A DNA stretch of 61,984 nucleotides, from assembly GCA_046095045.1 (NCBI GenBank), contig JBJTIO010000103.1:1-61984 (forward strand), written 5' to 3'. The notes under the pieces are model-generated. The model made no database searches. It saw nothing but the letters and a program-made list of their open reading frames with translations, and was not told the DNA's origin. The position numbers were made by a program, and so were the translations under genes. Every line of letters starts with the position of its first letter. The first letter of the stretch is position 1. This DNA comes from Actinomycetota bacterium (GTDB lineage: Bacteria; Actinomycetota; Acidimicrobiia; Acidimicrobiales; Ilumatobacteraceae). Positions 38,280 through 47,163 of the stretch are shown piece by piece.

Positions 38280-39059
38280 CTACAAGCCGAGGAACGATCC
38301 GCCGTCGCAGATGATCGTCTGACCAGTGACGAACGCCGAATCGTCGCTCGCGAGGAACAGCGCGACCGAGCCGATGTCATCGGTGATGTCACCGACACGA
38401 CCGAGCGGGGTGCGGGCCTCGATCGCCTGCTGCAACGCCGGATTGCGCTCGAAGGCCGTCAGCAGAGCCGGACTACCCGCGACCGGACCGATGCAATTCA
38501 CGGTCACGCCGTGCGGACCCCATTCGCGCGCCAGGCTCTTGGCGATGGCTCGTTGCGCCGCCTTGGCCGGTGAATACAGCGGGATGTTGGCACTGCCCTC
38601 GACTCCCGACGGTGAGGTGATCAGAATCAATCGACCGCCACCATCAGGACGACGCGAACTCTCGACGAGGTGCGGCATGGCGGCCCGAGCACAAAACAGG
38701 CTGGCCCACACGCCGGTGCGCGACATGTTGTTCCAGTGCTTGTCGATGCGCGCGTCCTCGAGACGGTGCGGGATGCCACCCATGAACGCATTGTGCACGA
38801 CGATGTCGAGACGACCGTGACGATCGACGGTTGTCGCGACACAGTTGTCGACTGACGACGACTCTGACACGTCGGTCACCACGCATTCAGCCCGACCACC
38901 CGCGTCACGAATGGACTGCGCCACCGGCTCTCCGGTGTCGGCTCGTCGTGCGGCCACGATTACGACACACCCTTCCGACGCGAGGCGACGCGCGATGCCC
39001 TCACCCACGCCCTGACCGGCTCCGGTCACGATGGCCACTCGTCCGCTCAGACGGCTCAC
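38280..39059 (-). CDS. SDR family oxidoreductase (intact)
   Basis: GTG 39059 overlaps the upstream stop (GTGA). TGAGQGVGEG, HNAF, Y-x3-K (YSPAKAA). Confidence 0.88.
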   Translation of the reverse strand: MSRLSGRVAIVTGAGQGVGEGIARRLASEGCVVIVAARRADTGEPVAQSIRDAGGRAECVVTDVSESSSVDNCVATTVDRHGRLDIVVHNAFMGGIPHRLEDARIDKHWNNMSRTGVWASLFCARAAMPHLVESSRRPDGGGRLILITSPSGVEGSANIPLYSPAKAAQRAIAKSLAREWGPHGVTVNCIGPVAGSPALLTAFERNPALQQAIEARTPLGRVGDITDDIGSVALFLASDDSAFVTGQTIICDGGSFLGL

Positions 39060-39595
39060 ATCCACAGCCCTCCGTCGCAGACGATCGTCTGACCGGTCAC
39101 GTGCCCGGCCGCCGACGCGCACAACCACGAGACCAAAGAGGTGGGATCGACCTCGCCGGACAGTGCCCGAGGAGCGATCGAGACGGGTCCCGACACCGCA
39201 ACATCGACATCGAACTCGTCGGGCGACAAGGCGACGGCGTTCACCGTCACGCCGTTCGCACCCCACTGTCGAGCCGCCGACTTCACGAGCACCCGAGCGG
39301 CCTCGGCAAACGCGGCGTGCACCGCATGACGATCGCCTCCGGACATCCCGATGGTCGGCACCACCACGACGATCCGCTTGGCTCCCGCATGAAAGGCGGT
39401 CTGAAGCGAAGCGATCAGCCGTTGCATCGGTTGCTCGAAGCAGGAGTCGATTTCGTCGTCGGTCAGACGTTCGATCGGTGTCACCGCTCGACCGCCGTCG
39501 ACTTCGGCCACCACCACCGCCGATTCGATGTCGCTCTGCACCGCATCACGCAAACGTGCCGCCACCGCACAGTCACCATGAACCGTCGCGAGCAT
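39056..39595 (-). CDS. truncated SDR-like protein lacking the glycine-rich cofactor motif and the Tyr/Lys dyad
   Basis: 179 aa; aligns by eye with the C-terminal two-thirds of the neighbouring SDR (…WGANGVTVNAVAL…TGQTIVCDGG). It starts after the first beta-alpha-beta unit, and has H and A where Y and K should be. Confidence 0.7.
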   Translation of the reverse strand: MLATVHGDCAVAARLRDAVQSDIESAVVVAEVDGGRAVTPIERLTDDEIDSCFEQPMQRLIASLQTAFHAGAKRIVVVVPTIGMSGGDRHAVHAAFAEAARVLVKSAARQWGANGVTVNAVALSPDEFDVDVAVSGPVSIAPRALSGEVDPTSLVSWLCASAAGHVTGQTIVCDGGLWM

Positions 39596-40041
39596 CACAG
39601 ACCTCCGACGAGGTGCGCCGACACGTCGCCGTGGGCATCGACCAACATCACGCGTTCGTCGAACCGCCACCGATCCCCGTCATCGCGGACGAATCGGTCG
39701 TGATAACGACCGGAAGCCACCACTTGAAGGGGCAAGACGTCGGGCACCGCTTGCAACACGGTGAACTGCGACCGTGAGGTGGCTTCGTCGGGACCCGTCG
39801 ACTCAATGATCGAGTTGGTGACCAGATGCTTGGTGAGCGGCGAACCGTCGTAGGTGCGAACGAACTTGGCCATCACCGCGCCCACCATCGAACCCGGCAC
39901 CGCGGGATGATCCGGACCCGCCATGAACACTTGTGCCCGTTCGAACAAGGCCGACACACCATCGAAGTCGCCAGCGTCGACGCGCTCGGCGTAGGAGAAG
40001 AGCAGGTTGAGAATCGCCCGCTCGTCGGCCGATGTGAGCAT
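39595..40041 (-). CDS. NTF2-superfamily (SnoaL_4-like) protein
   Basis: ILNLLFSYAERVDAGDFDGVSALF opening. Its stop overlaps the start of the truncated SDR by 1 nt. Confidence 0.78.
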   Translation of the reverse strand: MLTSADERAILNLLFSYAERVDAGDFDGVSALFERAQVFMAGPDHPAVPGSMVGAVMAKFVRTYDGSPLTKHLVTNSIIESTGPDEATSRSQFTVLQAVPDVLPLQVVASGRYHDRFVRDDGDRWRFDERVMLVDAHGDVSAHLVGGL

Positions 40042-40064
40042 GCGGACACCGTAGACCAACTACC

Positions 40065-40919
40065 GTGGCGAGCGTGTCCGAAACGAATGAACCCACTCCC
40101 TCGTGGCCTCTCGCCGGTGAGCAGACCGACGAGATTGTCCGCGCCGCATTTCCGCTCCGCCTCGGTCTCGCCGAGGGCAAGGTTGCTCTCGTCACTGGTG
40201 CCGGGCGTGGCATCGGTGAAGCGACCGCACGATTGTTCGCGACCGAAGGTGCGGCCGTCGTGGTGTGCGACATCGACGTCGCTTCGGCCGAGAAGGTGGC
40301 CCAATCCATTCAGGAGCGCGGCGGCGAAGCTGTCGCCGTCGCGGCCGATCTCACGAAAGAAGACGATGTCGCGGCGGTGATCAACACCGCGATCGATCGC
40401 TACGGGCGTCTCGATTGCGCGGTCAACAACGCGGGCATCAGTGGTCGGTTCGGGTCGTTCATCGATTTGCCGCTCCACGAGTGGCACCAGATGATCAATG
40501 CCAACCTCACGAGCGTCTTCCTCTGCCTCAAGTACGAACTCGGCGTGATGGCGGCCCAAGGATCGGGCGCCATCGTGAACGTGTCGTCGGGGGCCGGTGT
40601 CGTGGCAGCACCCGGGTTGCCTCACTACACGGCGGCCAAGCATGGCGTGCTCGGACTCACCAAGTGCGCGGCGCAGGAATACGCGGCCAAGGGCGTTCGC
40701 GTGAACGCGATCCTTCCCGGCACCACCCGCACGCCGATGATCGAGAACTTCATCAACGGTGATCCGCAGATCGAGAAGATGGTCAGTCGTGGCATCGGAC
40801 GCGGACATCTCGGCGAACCCACCGAGATCGCCGAAGCCGCGGTGTGGTTGTGCAGTGATCGGGCCAGCTTCGTGTGTGGTGAATCGTTGCTGGTCGACGG
40901 CGCCACCGTCTGTCGCTGA
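40065..40919 (+). CDS. SDR family oxidoreductase
   Basis: TGAGRGIGEA, NNAG, Y-x3-K (YTAAKHG). N-terminal ~35-aa extension, so the start is uncertain. Confidence 0.88.
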   Translation: MASVSETNEPTPSWPLAGEQTDEIVRAAFPLRLGLAEGKVALVTGAGRGIGEATARLFATEGAAVVVCDIDVASAEKVAQSIQERGGEAVAVAADLTKEDDVAAVINTAIDRYGRLDCAVNNAGISGRFGSFIDLPLHEWHQMINANLTSVFLCLKYELGVMAAQGSGAIVNVSSGAGVVAAPGLPHYTAAKHGVLGLTKCAAQEYAAKGVRVNAILPGTTRTPMIENFINGDPQIEKMVSRGIGRGHLGEPTEIAEAAVWLCSDRASFVCGESLLVDGATVCR

Positions 40920-40922
40920 CGA

Positions 40923-42026
40923 TCAGCCCCACTCGGCGATGATCTCGCCGATGTCGACCGCACCGGGGTGACCCGGCTCACGGGCCGACGCCGCCGTGCG
41001 CGAGAACCTCGGCGCGATCTGAGCCTGCACCGAGCCGTTCACGTCGACTGTCACACCACGAGCCGCGGTGTGCGGATGCGTCACCACCTCGTGCGGAGCG
41101 AGCACCGGCGCGAAACAGGCGTCGGAACCGTCGAAGATGGTTTCCCATTCGGCGCGCGTGCGAGTGGCGAAGATCGCGGCGAATCGACGTTTGCCTTCGG
41201 CCCATACCGAACGATCGTTCTGACGACTCGCCGACAGAATCTCGTCATCGGTCACCCCGAGACGTTCGAGCAACTCGGCGTAGAACTGCGGCTCGATCGC
41301 GCCCACCGACACCCACTTACCGTCACTCGTTGCGTAGACGTTGTAGAAGTGCGCTCCCCCATCGAGATGATTCGTGCCACGCTCGCTCCAGAAACCGTTC
41401 GTCGCGGCCACGAAGAACGGACCGAGGATCATCGCCGCCCCGTCGACCATCGCAACGTCGATCACTTGACCCATTCCGCTGGTGTGGCGTTCGACGAGTG
41501 CCGCCGACACACCCATCGCCAGCAATAACCCACCACCGGCGAAGTCCCCGAGCATGTTGATCGGCATCGTCGGTGGTTGTCCTTCGTAACCGATGGTGTG
41601 CAACGCGCCCGACAGTGCGATGTAGTTGATGTCGTGTCCGGCGCGATCGACCCACGGGCCACTCTGACCCCAACCGGTCATGCGGGCGAAGACCAGTCGC
41701 GTGTTCCGCTCGCACAACACCGTCGGACCGAGACCGAGTCGTTCGCACACGCCGGGTCGAAACGGGTCGACCAGAACATCGGCGCGATCGACGAGGTCGA
41801 GCAGTCGCGCGCGATCAGCGTCATCTTTCAGGTCGAGCGCAACACCGCGCTTGCCGCGCATCATCGGATTGGTCGCTGGGCGATCGCGTTTCGCGCGCGA
41901 GGCGACCTCGGGTCGGTCGACGGCGATCACGTCGGCCCCGAGATCGGCCAACAGGGCCGCACCATACGGGCCGGGGCCCTGACCCACGAGTTCGACGACT
42001 CGAATACCCGCGAGGGGACCCGTCAT
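40923..42026 (-). CDS. mcr: family III CoA-transferase fold protein, alpha-methylacyl-CoA racemase-like
   Basis: MTGPLAGIRVVELVGQGPGPYGA...LGADVI opening, GHDINYIALSG and GDFAGGG motifs. ATG 42026 chosen; the upstream part of the ORF track overlaps the next gene. Confidence 0.72.
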   Translation of the reverse strand: MTGPLAGIRVVELVGQGPGPYGAALLADLGADVIAVDRPEVASRAKRDRPATNPMMRGKRGVALDLKDDADRARLLDLVDRADVLVDPFRPGVCERLGLGPTVLCERNTRLVFARMTGWGQSGPWVDRAGHDINYIALSGALHTIGYEGQPPTMPINMLGDFAGGGLLLAMGVSAALVERHTSGMGQVIDVAMVDGAAMILGPFFVAATNGFWSERGTNHLDGGAHFYNVYATSDGKWVSVGAIEPQFYAELLERLGVTDDEILSASRQNDRSVWAEGKRRFAAIFATRTRAEWETIFDGSDACFAPVLAPHEVVTHPHTAARGVTVDVNGSVQAQIAPRFSRTAASAREPGHPGAVDIGEIIAEWG

Positions 42027-42028
42027 GT

Positions 42029-43597
42029 TCAGCGGCCCGCGTCCTCGATGGCTCGCTCCTTGGCCCAGCGATAGTCGCTCTTGCCGGCTGGTGAGCGCAC
42101 CATCATCTCGACGAGCGTCAGCTGACGCGGAACTTTGTAACCGGCCACGTGCTTGCGACAGTGTTCCTGCACGCTCTCGAGCGTCGGGGTGGTACCAGCC
42201 CGCGCTTGCACGACCGCCGTCACTCGTTCGCCCCAGCGTTCGTCGGGAACCCCGACAACGACCGCGTCGAAAACCTCGGGATGGCTCTTCAGGGCGTTCT
42301 CCACTTCCTCGGGGAAGATCTTCTCGCCACCGCTGTTGATGCACACCGAACCACGACCGATCAACGTGATCGAACCGTCTTCTTGCATCACCGCGAAATC
42401 GCCGGGGATCGAATAGCGCGTGCCGTCGGGTCCGGTCACGAAGGTGGCCGCCGACTTCTCGGGATCCTTGTGATAGCGCAACGGAATATTTCCCGTGCGC
42501 GCGAGCTTGCCCATCACACCGGCGGGCACCGGACGGAAGTCGTCACCGAGAACCACGGAATCGGGCGCGGCCTTCACCGTGAGGCCGGGTGTCTTCGGCG
42601 CGTCCTTGCCCACCATCGTGATCCCGTTCGCACCGCCCTCGCTCGAACCGACGGCATCGGTCAGAACGATGTTGGGGAACATCGACATGAACTGGTCCTT
42701 GCACGCTTGGGAGAACAGAACCGCACTCGAACTGACGGCGAACATCGACGAGAGGTCGTACTGCGCGCGGTTGTCGACGAGGTGATCGAGCATCGGTCGC
42801 GCCATGGCGTCGCCGGTGATCATCACGAGGTTCACCTTCTCGGCGTCGATGGTGCGGAACACGTCGGCCGGATCGAACTTGGCGCGCAACACCACCTTGT
42901 TGCCGATGAAGCTCTGCCCCATCACGCTCCATTGGGTCGCTCCATGCATCAACGGTGCGATCGGCAGACCGCAGAGGTGAAAACCGTTGCGGCCCTTCTC
43001 GACGAATTGATGTGGTTCGGTGAGTTTGATTCCGGTGGTGATGTCGACGCCGCCACCGAGGGCCATCACCACGTCCTGGTGGCGCCACACCACACCTTTG
43101 GGCATGCCGGTGGTGCCACCCGTGAAAAGCATGTAGATGTCGTCGTTGCTGCGCGGTTCGAAGTCGCGCTCGTCGGACTGCGCAGCCAACGCTGCCTCGA
43201 ACTCTGGTCCGATCACGAGTTGCGGTAGGTCGGGTTGCACCGCGCGGGCCCGATCGGCGAACTCGGGCTCGACGATGAGATACGTGAGATCGGCGTTGCC
43301 GAACAAGTAGGCGAGTTCGTCCTCGACGTAGCGGTAATTGATGTTGATCCATACGGCTCGGATCTTGAAGATCGCCCACAACGACTCGACCCACTCGACG
43401 CGGTTGAGCGCGTAGATCCCCACGTGGTCACCGGGGCGGACGCCTTGCTGACGCAGGTGGTGCGCCAAGCGATTCGCCCGTCGGTCCATCTCGAGGTAGG
43501 TGCGACGCACGTTCTCATCGACCACGTACTCGCGGTCGGGCCACTCGTCGACCGACGCCTCGAAGAGATCCGCGATGTTGAAGGTGCGAGCAGGCAT
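42029..43597 (-). CDS. acyl-CoA synthetase, FadD19/FadD17-like (steroid/branched-acid CoA ligase type)
   Basis: NIADLFE..VDEWPDR opening, NINYRYVEDELAYLF, AMP motif FTGGTTGMPKG. Divergent from an echA19-like crotonase, as in mycobacteria. Confidence 0.8.
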   Translation of the reverse strand: MPARTFNIADLFEASVDEWPDREYVVDENVRRTYLEMDRRANRLAHHLRQQGVRPGDHVGIYALNRVEWVESLWAIFKIRAVWININYRYVEDELAYLFGNADLTYLIVEPEFADRARAVQPDLPQLVIGPEFEAALAAQSDERDFEPRSNDDIYMLFTGGTTGMPKGVVWRHQDVVMALGGGVDITTGIKLTEPHQFVEKGRNGFHLCGLPIAPLMHGATQWSVMGQSFIGNKVVLRAKFDPADVFRTIDAEKVNLVMITGDAMARPMLDHLVDNRAQYDLSSMFAVSSSAVLFSQACKDQFMSMFPNIVLTDAVGSSEGGANGITMVGKDAPKTPGLTVKAAPDSVVLGDDFRPVPAGVMGKLARTGNIPLRYHKDPEKSAATFVTGPDGTRYSIPGDFAVMQEDGSITLIGRGSVCINSGGEKIFPEEVENALKSHPEVFDAVVVGVPDERWGERVTAVVQARAGTTPTLESVQEHCRKHVAGYKVPRQLTLVEMMVRSPAGKSDYRWAKERAIEDAGR

Positions 43598-43646
43598 GTG
43601 AATGTGCTACCACAGAACGCACACAACGAGGGAAAACGGAGTCGAC

Positions 43647-44447
43647 ATGTCGGGGACCGAGCATCTACTGGTCGAGCAAGAGGGTCACACGTTGATCGTC
43701 ACCATGAATCGTCCCGAGGCCAAGAACGCCCTCAGCCCGGCGATGATCGTCGGTCTCGCCGATGCCTGGGTCCGACTCAACGAGGACGACGACCTGCGCT
43801 GCGCGATCCTCACCGGTTCGGGCGGATCGTTCTGCACCGGCATGGACCTCAAGGCCCGCGCCAACGACGACGCCGGACCGAACCCCTACCAAGAGCGTTG
43901 GGCCGCCGACCCCGATCTCCACTGGAAGGCCCTGCTGCGTCATTACCGCTTGCGCAAACCGCTGATCGCCGCGGTCGAGGGTTACGCCGTCGCGGGTGGC
44001 ACCGAGATTCTGCAAGCCACGCATCTGCGGGTCGCCGGAGAGAGCGCGACGTTCGGAGTGTTCGAAGCGCGTCGCGGTTTGTTCCCCGTCGGTGGTAGCA
44101 CCGTTCGACTGCAGCGTCAGATCGGTTACACGAACGCGCTCGAGATGTTGCTCACAGCCCGCGGTTACACGGCGAGCGAAGCCCGAGAGATCGGATTGAT
44201 CGGACACGTCGTGCCCGACGGCACCGCGTTGGCCAAGGCGAAGGAACTGGCCGACATGATTTGCGCCAACGGCCCACTCGCCGTCGAGGCCATCTTGAAG
44301 TCGGTGCAGGAGACCGCGTCGATGCCCGAGGCCGAGGCGTTGAAACTAGAGTTCGAAATCGGTTGGCCGATCTTCAGCACGAACGATTCGAAAGAGGGCC
44401 CACGAGCATTCGCCGAGAAGCGCGCGCCCAACTGGACGCGCACCTGA
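43647..44447 (+). CDS. enoyl-CoA hydratase, EchA19-like by position
   Basis: Crotonase fold (LIVTMNRPEAKNAL, GSGGSFCTGMDLK, EGYAVAGGTE). ATG 43647. Confidence 0.85.
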   Translation: MSGTEHLLVEQEGHTLIVTMNRPEAKNALSPAMIVGLADAWVRLNEDDDLRCAILTGSGGSFCTGMDLKARANDDAGPNPYQERWAADPDLHWKALLRHYRLRKPLIAAVEGYAVAGGTEILQATHLRVAGESATFGVFEARRGLFPVGGSTVRLQRQIGYTNALEMLLTARGYTASEAREIGLIGHVVPDGTALAKAKELADMICANGPLAVEAILKSVQETASMPEAEALKLEFEIGWPIFSTNDSKEGPRAFAEKRAPNWTRT

Positions 44448-44448
44448 G

Positions 44449-45615
44449 TCAGGGTTTGCCGTTCGACACCAGCCACATCGCGAAGAACTGACTGCCGCCG
44501 CCGTACGCGTGGCCGACCGCCTTGCGGGCCCCGTCGATCTGGTGTTCACCGGCTTTGCCCATCACCTGCATCGCGGCCTCGCCGAAACGCAGCATGCCCG
44601 AGGCGCCGATCGGGTTGGTCGACATCACGCCGCCCGACGGGTTGATCGGTAGCGAACCGCCGATATCGGTGACGCCGTCCTCGACCCAACGCCAACCCTC
44701 ATTGCGCGGAGCAAACCCGAGGTTCTCGAGCCACATCGGCTCGAACCAAGCGAATGGAACGTAGATCTCGGCGACGTCGATCTCCTTGGCCGGGTTGGTG
44801 ATGCCGCCTTTGCGCCACAAGTCCTCGGCGCACATCTCACCGGCTCGCGGACTCACTTGTTCGCGTCCGGCGAAGGCCGTCGGCTCGCTGCGCATGGCCG
44901 TGGCGTGCACCCACGCTTTCGGTCCGGGGTGCTTGTCGGCGCGCTCCTCGCTCATCAGAACGAGAGCCATCGCACCGTCGCTCGACGGACACGTCTCGAC
45001 GAAGCGAATCGGATCCCACATCATCGGACTCTCGAGCGCCTTCTCGAGGGTCCAGTCGGGTTCGTGCAGATGCGCGTACGGGTTCTTGCACGCGTTGGTG
45101 CGATCCTTCACCGCGACCATCGCACCGATGTGCGTCGGTGCGTTGGAACGCTTGATGTAACCGCGCACGATCGGCGAGAAATAGCCGCCCGCACCGGCGT
45201 GCACCGGCATACCGAACGGAATCGGAACGCTCAGTGCCCACATCGCGTTGCCATCGCTCTGCTTCTCGAAACCGATGGTGAGCACAGTGCCGTGGATACC
45301 AGCCATCACATGATGCGCCGCGACGATGGCGGTCGATCCACCAACCGACCCGGCCGTGTGCACGCGGAACACCGGCTTACCGTGCGCGGCGAGGGCATCG
45401 GCGAGCCACAGTTCGGGCATCGCCACACCTTCGAGCGGATCCGGAGCCTTGCCGATGACGATCGCGTCGACATCGTCGATACCGATGTTCGCATCGGCGA
45501 GCGCACGATCGACCGCCTCACGCACGAGACCGGCGATCGACACGTCGGCGCGACATGACGCGTGCTTGGTCTGTCCGACACCGACTACCGCACAGAGATC
45601 GGCCATCTCACTCAC
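44449..45615 (-). CDS. thiolase-fold lipid-transfer protein (Ltp, SCP-x-type), nucleophile Cys apparently replaced
   Basis: SCP-x-thiolase-like sequence (VVGVGQTK..., NPSGGVMSTNPIGASG). At the N-C-A-T-G-S-T-A nucleophile motif it reads T-A-G-S-V-G-G-S-T-A. Confidence 0.82.
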   Translation of the reverse strand: MSEMADLCAVVGVGQTKHASCRADVSIAGLVREAVDRALADANIGIDDVDAIVIGKAPDPLEGVAMPELWLADALAAHGKPVFRVHTAGSVGGSTAIVAAHHVMAGIHGTVLTIGFEKQSDGNAMWALSVPIPFGMPVHAGAGGYFSPIVRGYIKRSNAPTHIGAMVAVKDRTNACKNPYAHLHEPDWTLEKALESPMMWDPIRFVETCPSSDGAMALVLMSEERADKHPGPKAWVHATAMRSEPTAFAGREQVSPRAGEMCAEDLWRKGGITNPAKEIDVAEIYVPFAWFEPMWLENLGFAPRNEGWRWVEDGVTDIGGSLPINPSGGVMSTNPIGASGMLRFGEAAMQVMGKAGEHQIDGARKAVGHAYGGGSQFFAMWLVSNGKP

Positions 45616-46666
45616 CCTCCATGACGCACACCAGGTTCTGTTGAATCAACGGTCCGCTCGTGCAGTGAGCCAACACGCGGTCGGCCGAGCCCGAGAACAC
45701 GCTCTCGGCGGCCTCGACGAAACGCGCGAGACCGGCGGCCATCGCGGGGTTCGACACCAACGCTCCGCCACTCGGATTCACGTGCGTCGCATCGGTCAAC
45801 TTCATGGCCTTGCGCAACAGGATCTCTTGGTGGCTGTACGGGGCGTGAATCTCGGCGACGTCGATGCGATCGGTGCCGACACCGGCCTTCTCGGCGGCGA
45901 CCGCGGCCGAATGGCTCTCGATCATCGAACGCGCTCCGAGGCGCTGGGTGTCGATGCGATGATCGATGCCACGAATCCAGGCCGGGCGTTCGGCCAGTCG
46001 CCGCGCCGCGTCTCCCGCCGCGAGGATCACGGCGTTCGCGCCGTCGACGGGCACACCGCAGTCGTGAGCCCGCAACGGAGCCGTGGTGTAGGGCCGCTGC
46101 AACAGCGCCTCGGCGGTGACGTTCTCCTTGGCGTAAGCGACCGGATTCTTCAATGCGTCGCGATAGCTGCGCGCCGCCACTTCGGCCATGTCGGCCTCGG
46201 TCAACACGCCGGCGTCGAGACACGCGCGCGCCTGCAACGCCGCAAGCGCGTCGAAACCGGGCCACAACGGGGTGACCATGTAGGGATCGGCTTGCAGGTT
46301 GAGAATGCGGTCGATCGGACCCGAAGTTGTCTTGCCATTCGAGAAAACGAGCGCGACATCACATTCGCCGGTCTGGATCTTCACCCACGCCTCGTACAAC
46401 GCCAACGCGCCGTCACCTTCGACGTGGCTCTCGACGATCGGTGGCCACGCGCCGATCGCATCGACGGCAGCGACGAAACTGAACGGCTGACCGCTCATGT
46501 AGTCACAACTGCCGTGGCACCAGAACCCGATCTCCTTGCGATCGATGCCGACCTTGGTGATCACGTCGTTGATCACCGGAAGAATCAACTCGACCGATGT
46601 GAGGGTTGTGCCCACTTGGTTCGGTCGCTGTGCCACGCCGACAATGGCCACCTCACGCCGCGCCAT
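45608..46666 (-). CDS. thiolase-fold lipid-transfer protein (Ltp), second divergent copy, nucleophile Cys apparently replaced
   Basis: IVGVAQRP..., VNPSGGALVSNPAMAAG; reads ESHVEGDGALA at the nucleophile motif. 8-nt overlap with the downstream ltp; 1-nt overlap with the upstream DUF35 gene. Confidence 0.8.
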   Translation of the reverse strand: MARREVAIVGVAQRPNQVGTTLTSVELILPVINDVITKVGIDRKEIGFWCHGSCDYMSGQPFSFVAAVDAIGAWPPIVESHVEGDGALALYEAWVKIQTGECDVALVFSNGKTTSGPIDRILNLQADPYMVTPLWPGFDALAALQARACLDAGVLTEADMAEVAARSYRDALKNPVAYAKENVTAEALLQRPYTTAPLRAHDCGVPVDGANAVILAAGDAARRLAERPAWIRGIDHRIDTQRLGARSMIESHSAAVAAEKAGVGTDRIDVAEIHAPYSHQEILLRKAMKLTDATHVNPSGGALVSNPAMAAGLARFVEAAESVFSGSADRVLAHCTSGPLIQQNLVCVMEGE

Positions 46667-47163
46667 CAGCTGGCCCCCGCTTCGCTCGACATGTCGCGAT
46701 CGGGCTCACCCGTCGGACGGAAGTGCGCGATGCTCTCGAGCGTCGGACCCCACTCACTGCGGTCCTTCCACACCGGCTCGACTCGCATGCCGATACGCAC
46801 GTCGGAGGCTTCGCACTCTTGGATGAGGTGTTGCATCGAGATGTCGGCTCCATCGAGAAGGATCTGGGCCGCCACGTACGGAAGCTTGATCTTCTGTCCG
46901 AGGAACGGAACGTTGACCACGCAGAAGGTCGTGATCGTTCCGCGCGGTCCGACCACGACGTCGTCGCCGAGGATGCGAGCGCACTTCGGGCACACACCGT
47001 TGCGCGGCGGGAAGTAGACGAGTGAGCAACCCGGGCAACGCTTGCCCACGAGTTTGCCCTCGAGCAGTCCATTGAGATGACTGGTCGCATTCGGACCGGC
47101 CGACCAGTTGTAGGTGACCGAAATCGGCTGCCGAAGTCGCAGGATGCCGTCGGCTTCGCTCAT
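46666..47163 (-). CDS. DUF35 OB-fold / zinc-ribbon acyl-CoA-associated protein
   Basis: Zinc ribbon CPGC...CPKC followed by an OB-fold region. ATG 47163 overlaps the upstream stop (ATGA). Confidence 0.82.
   Translation of the reverse strand: MSEADGILRLRQPISVTYNWSAGPNATSHLNGLLEGKLVGKRCPGCSLVYFPPRNGVCPKCARILGDDVVVGPRGTITTFCVVNVPFLGQKIKLPYVAAQILLDGADISMQHLIQECEASDVRIGMRVEPVWKDRSEWGPTLESIAHFRPTGEPDRDMSSEAGAS

Noticed and set aside
43598-43646. Possible KstR operator between the fadD19-like and echA19-like genes (contains CAGAACGC, and TGTGC-n11-GCACA)
   Set aside because: Only a half-site resemblance to TnnAACnnGTTnnA. No AACnnGTT core is present here or in the other divergent regions, and the 5-bp arms with 11-nt spacing are weak. 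A position-weight-matrix scan would be needed.
45326-47017. 563-aa ORF on the plus strand
   Set aside because: Antisense to the two ltp genes and a DUF35 gene; composition is Arg/Asp/His-rich junk. The same reasoning applies to 8818..10317, 12040..13182, 17531..18571, 27449..28882, 31577..32698, 42149..43228, 50376..51458, 50585..51925, 53437..54783, 55261..56289 and 20033..21010.
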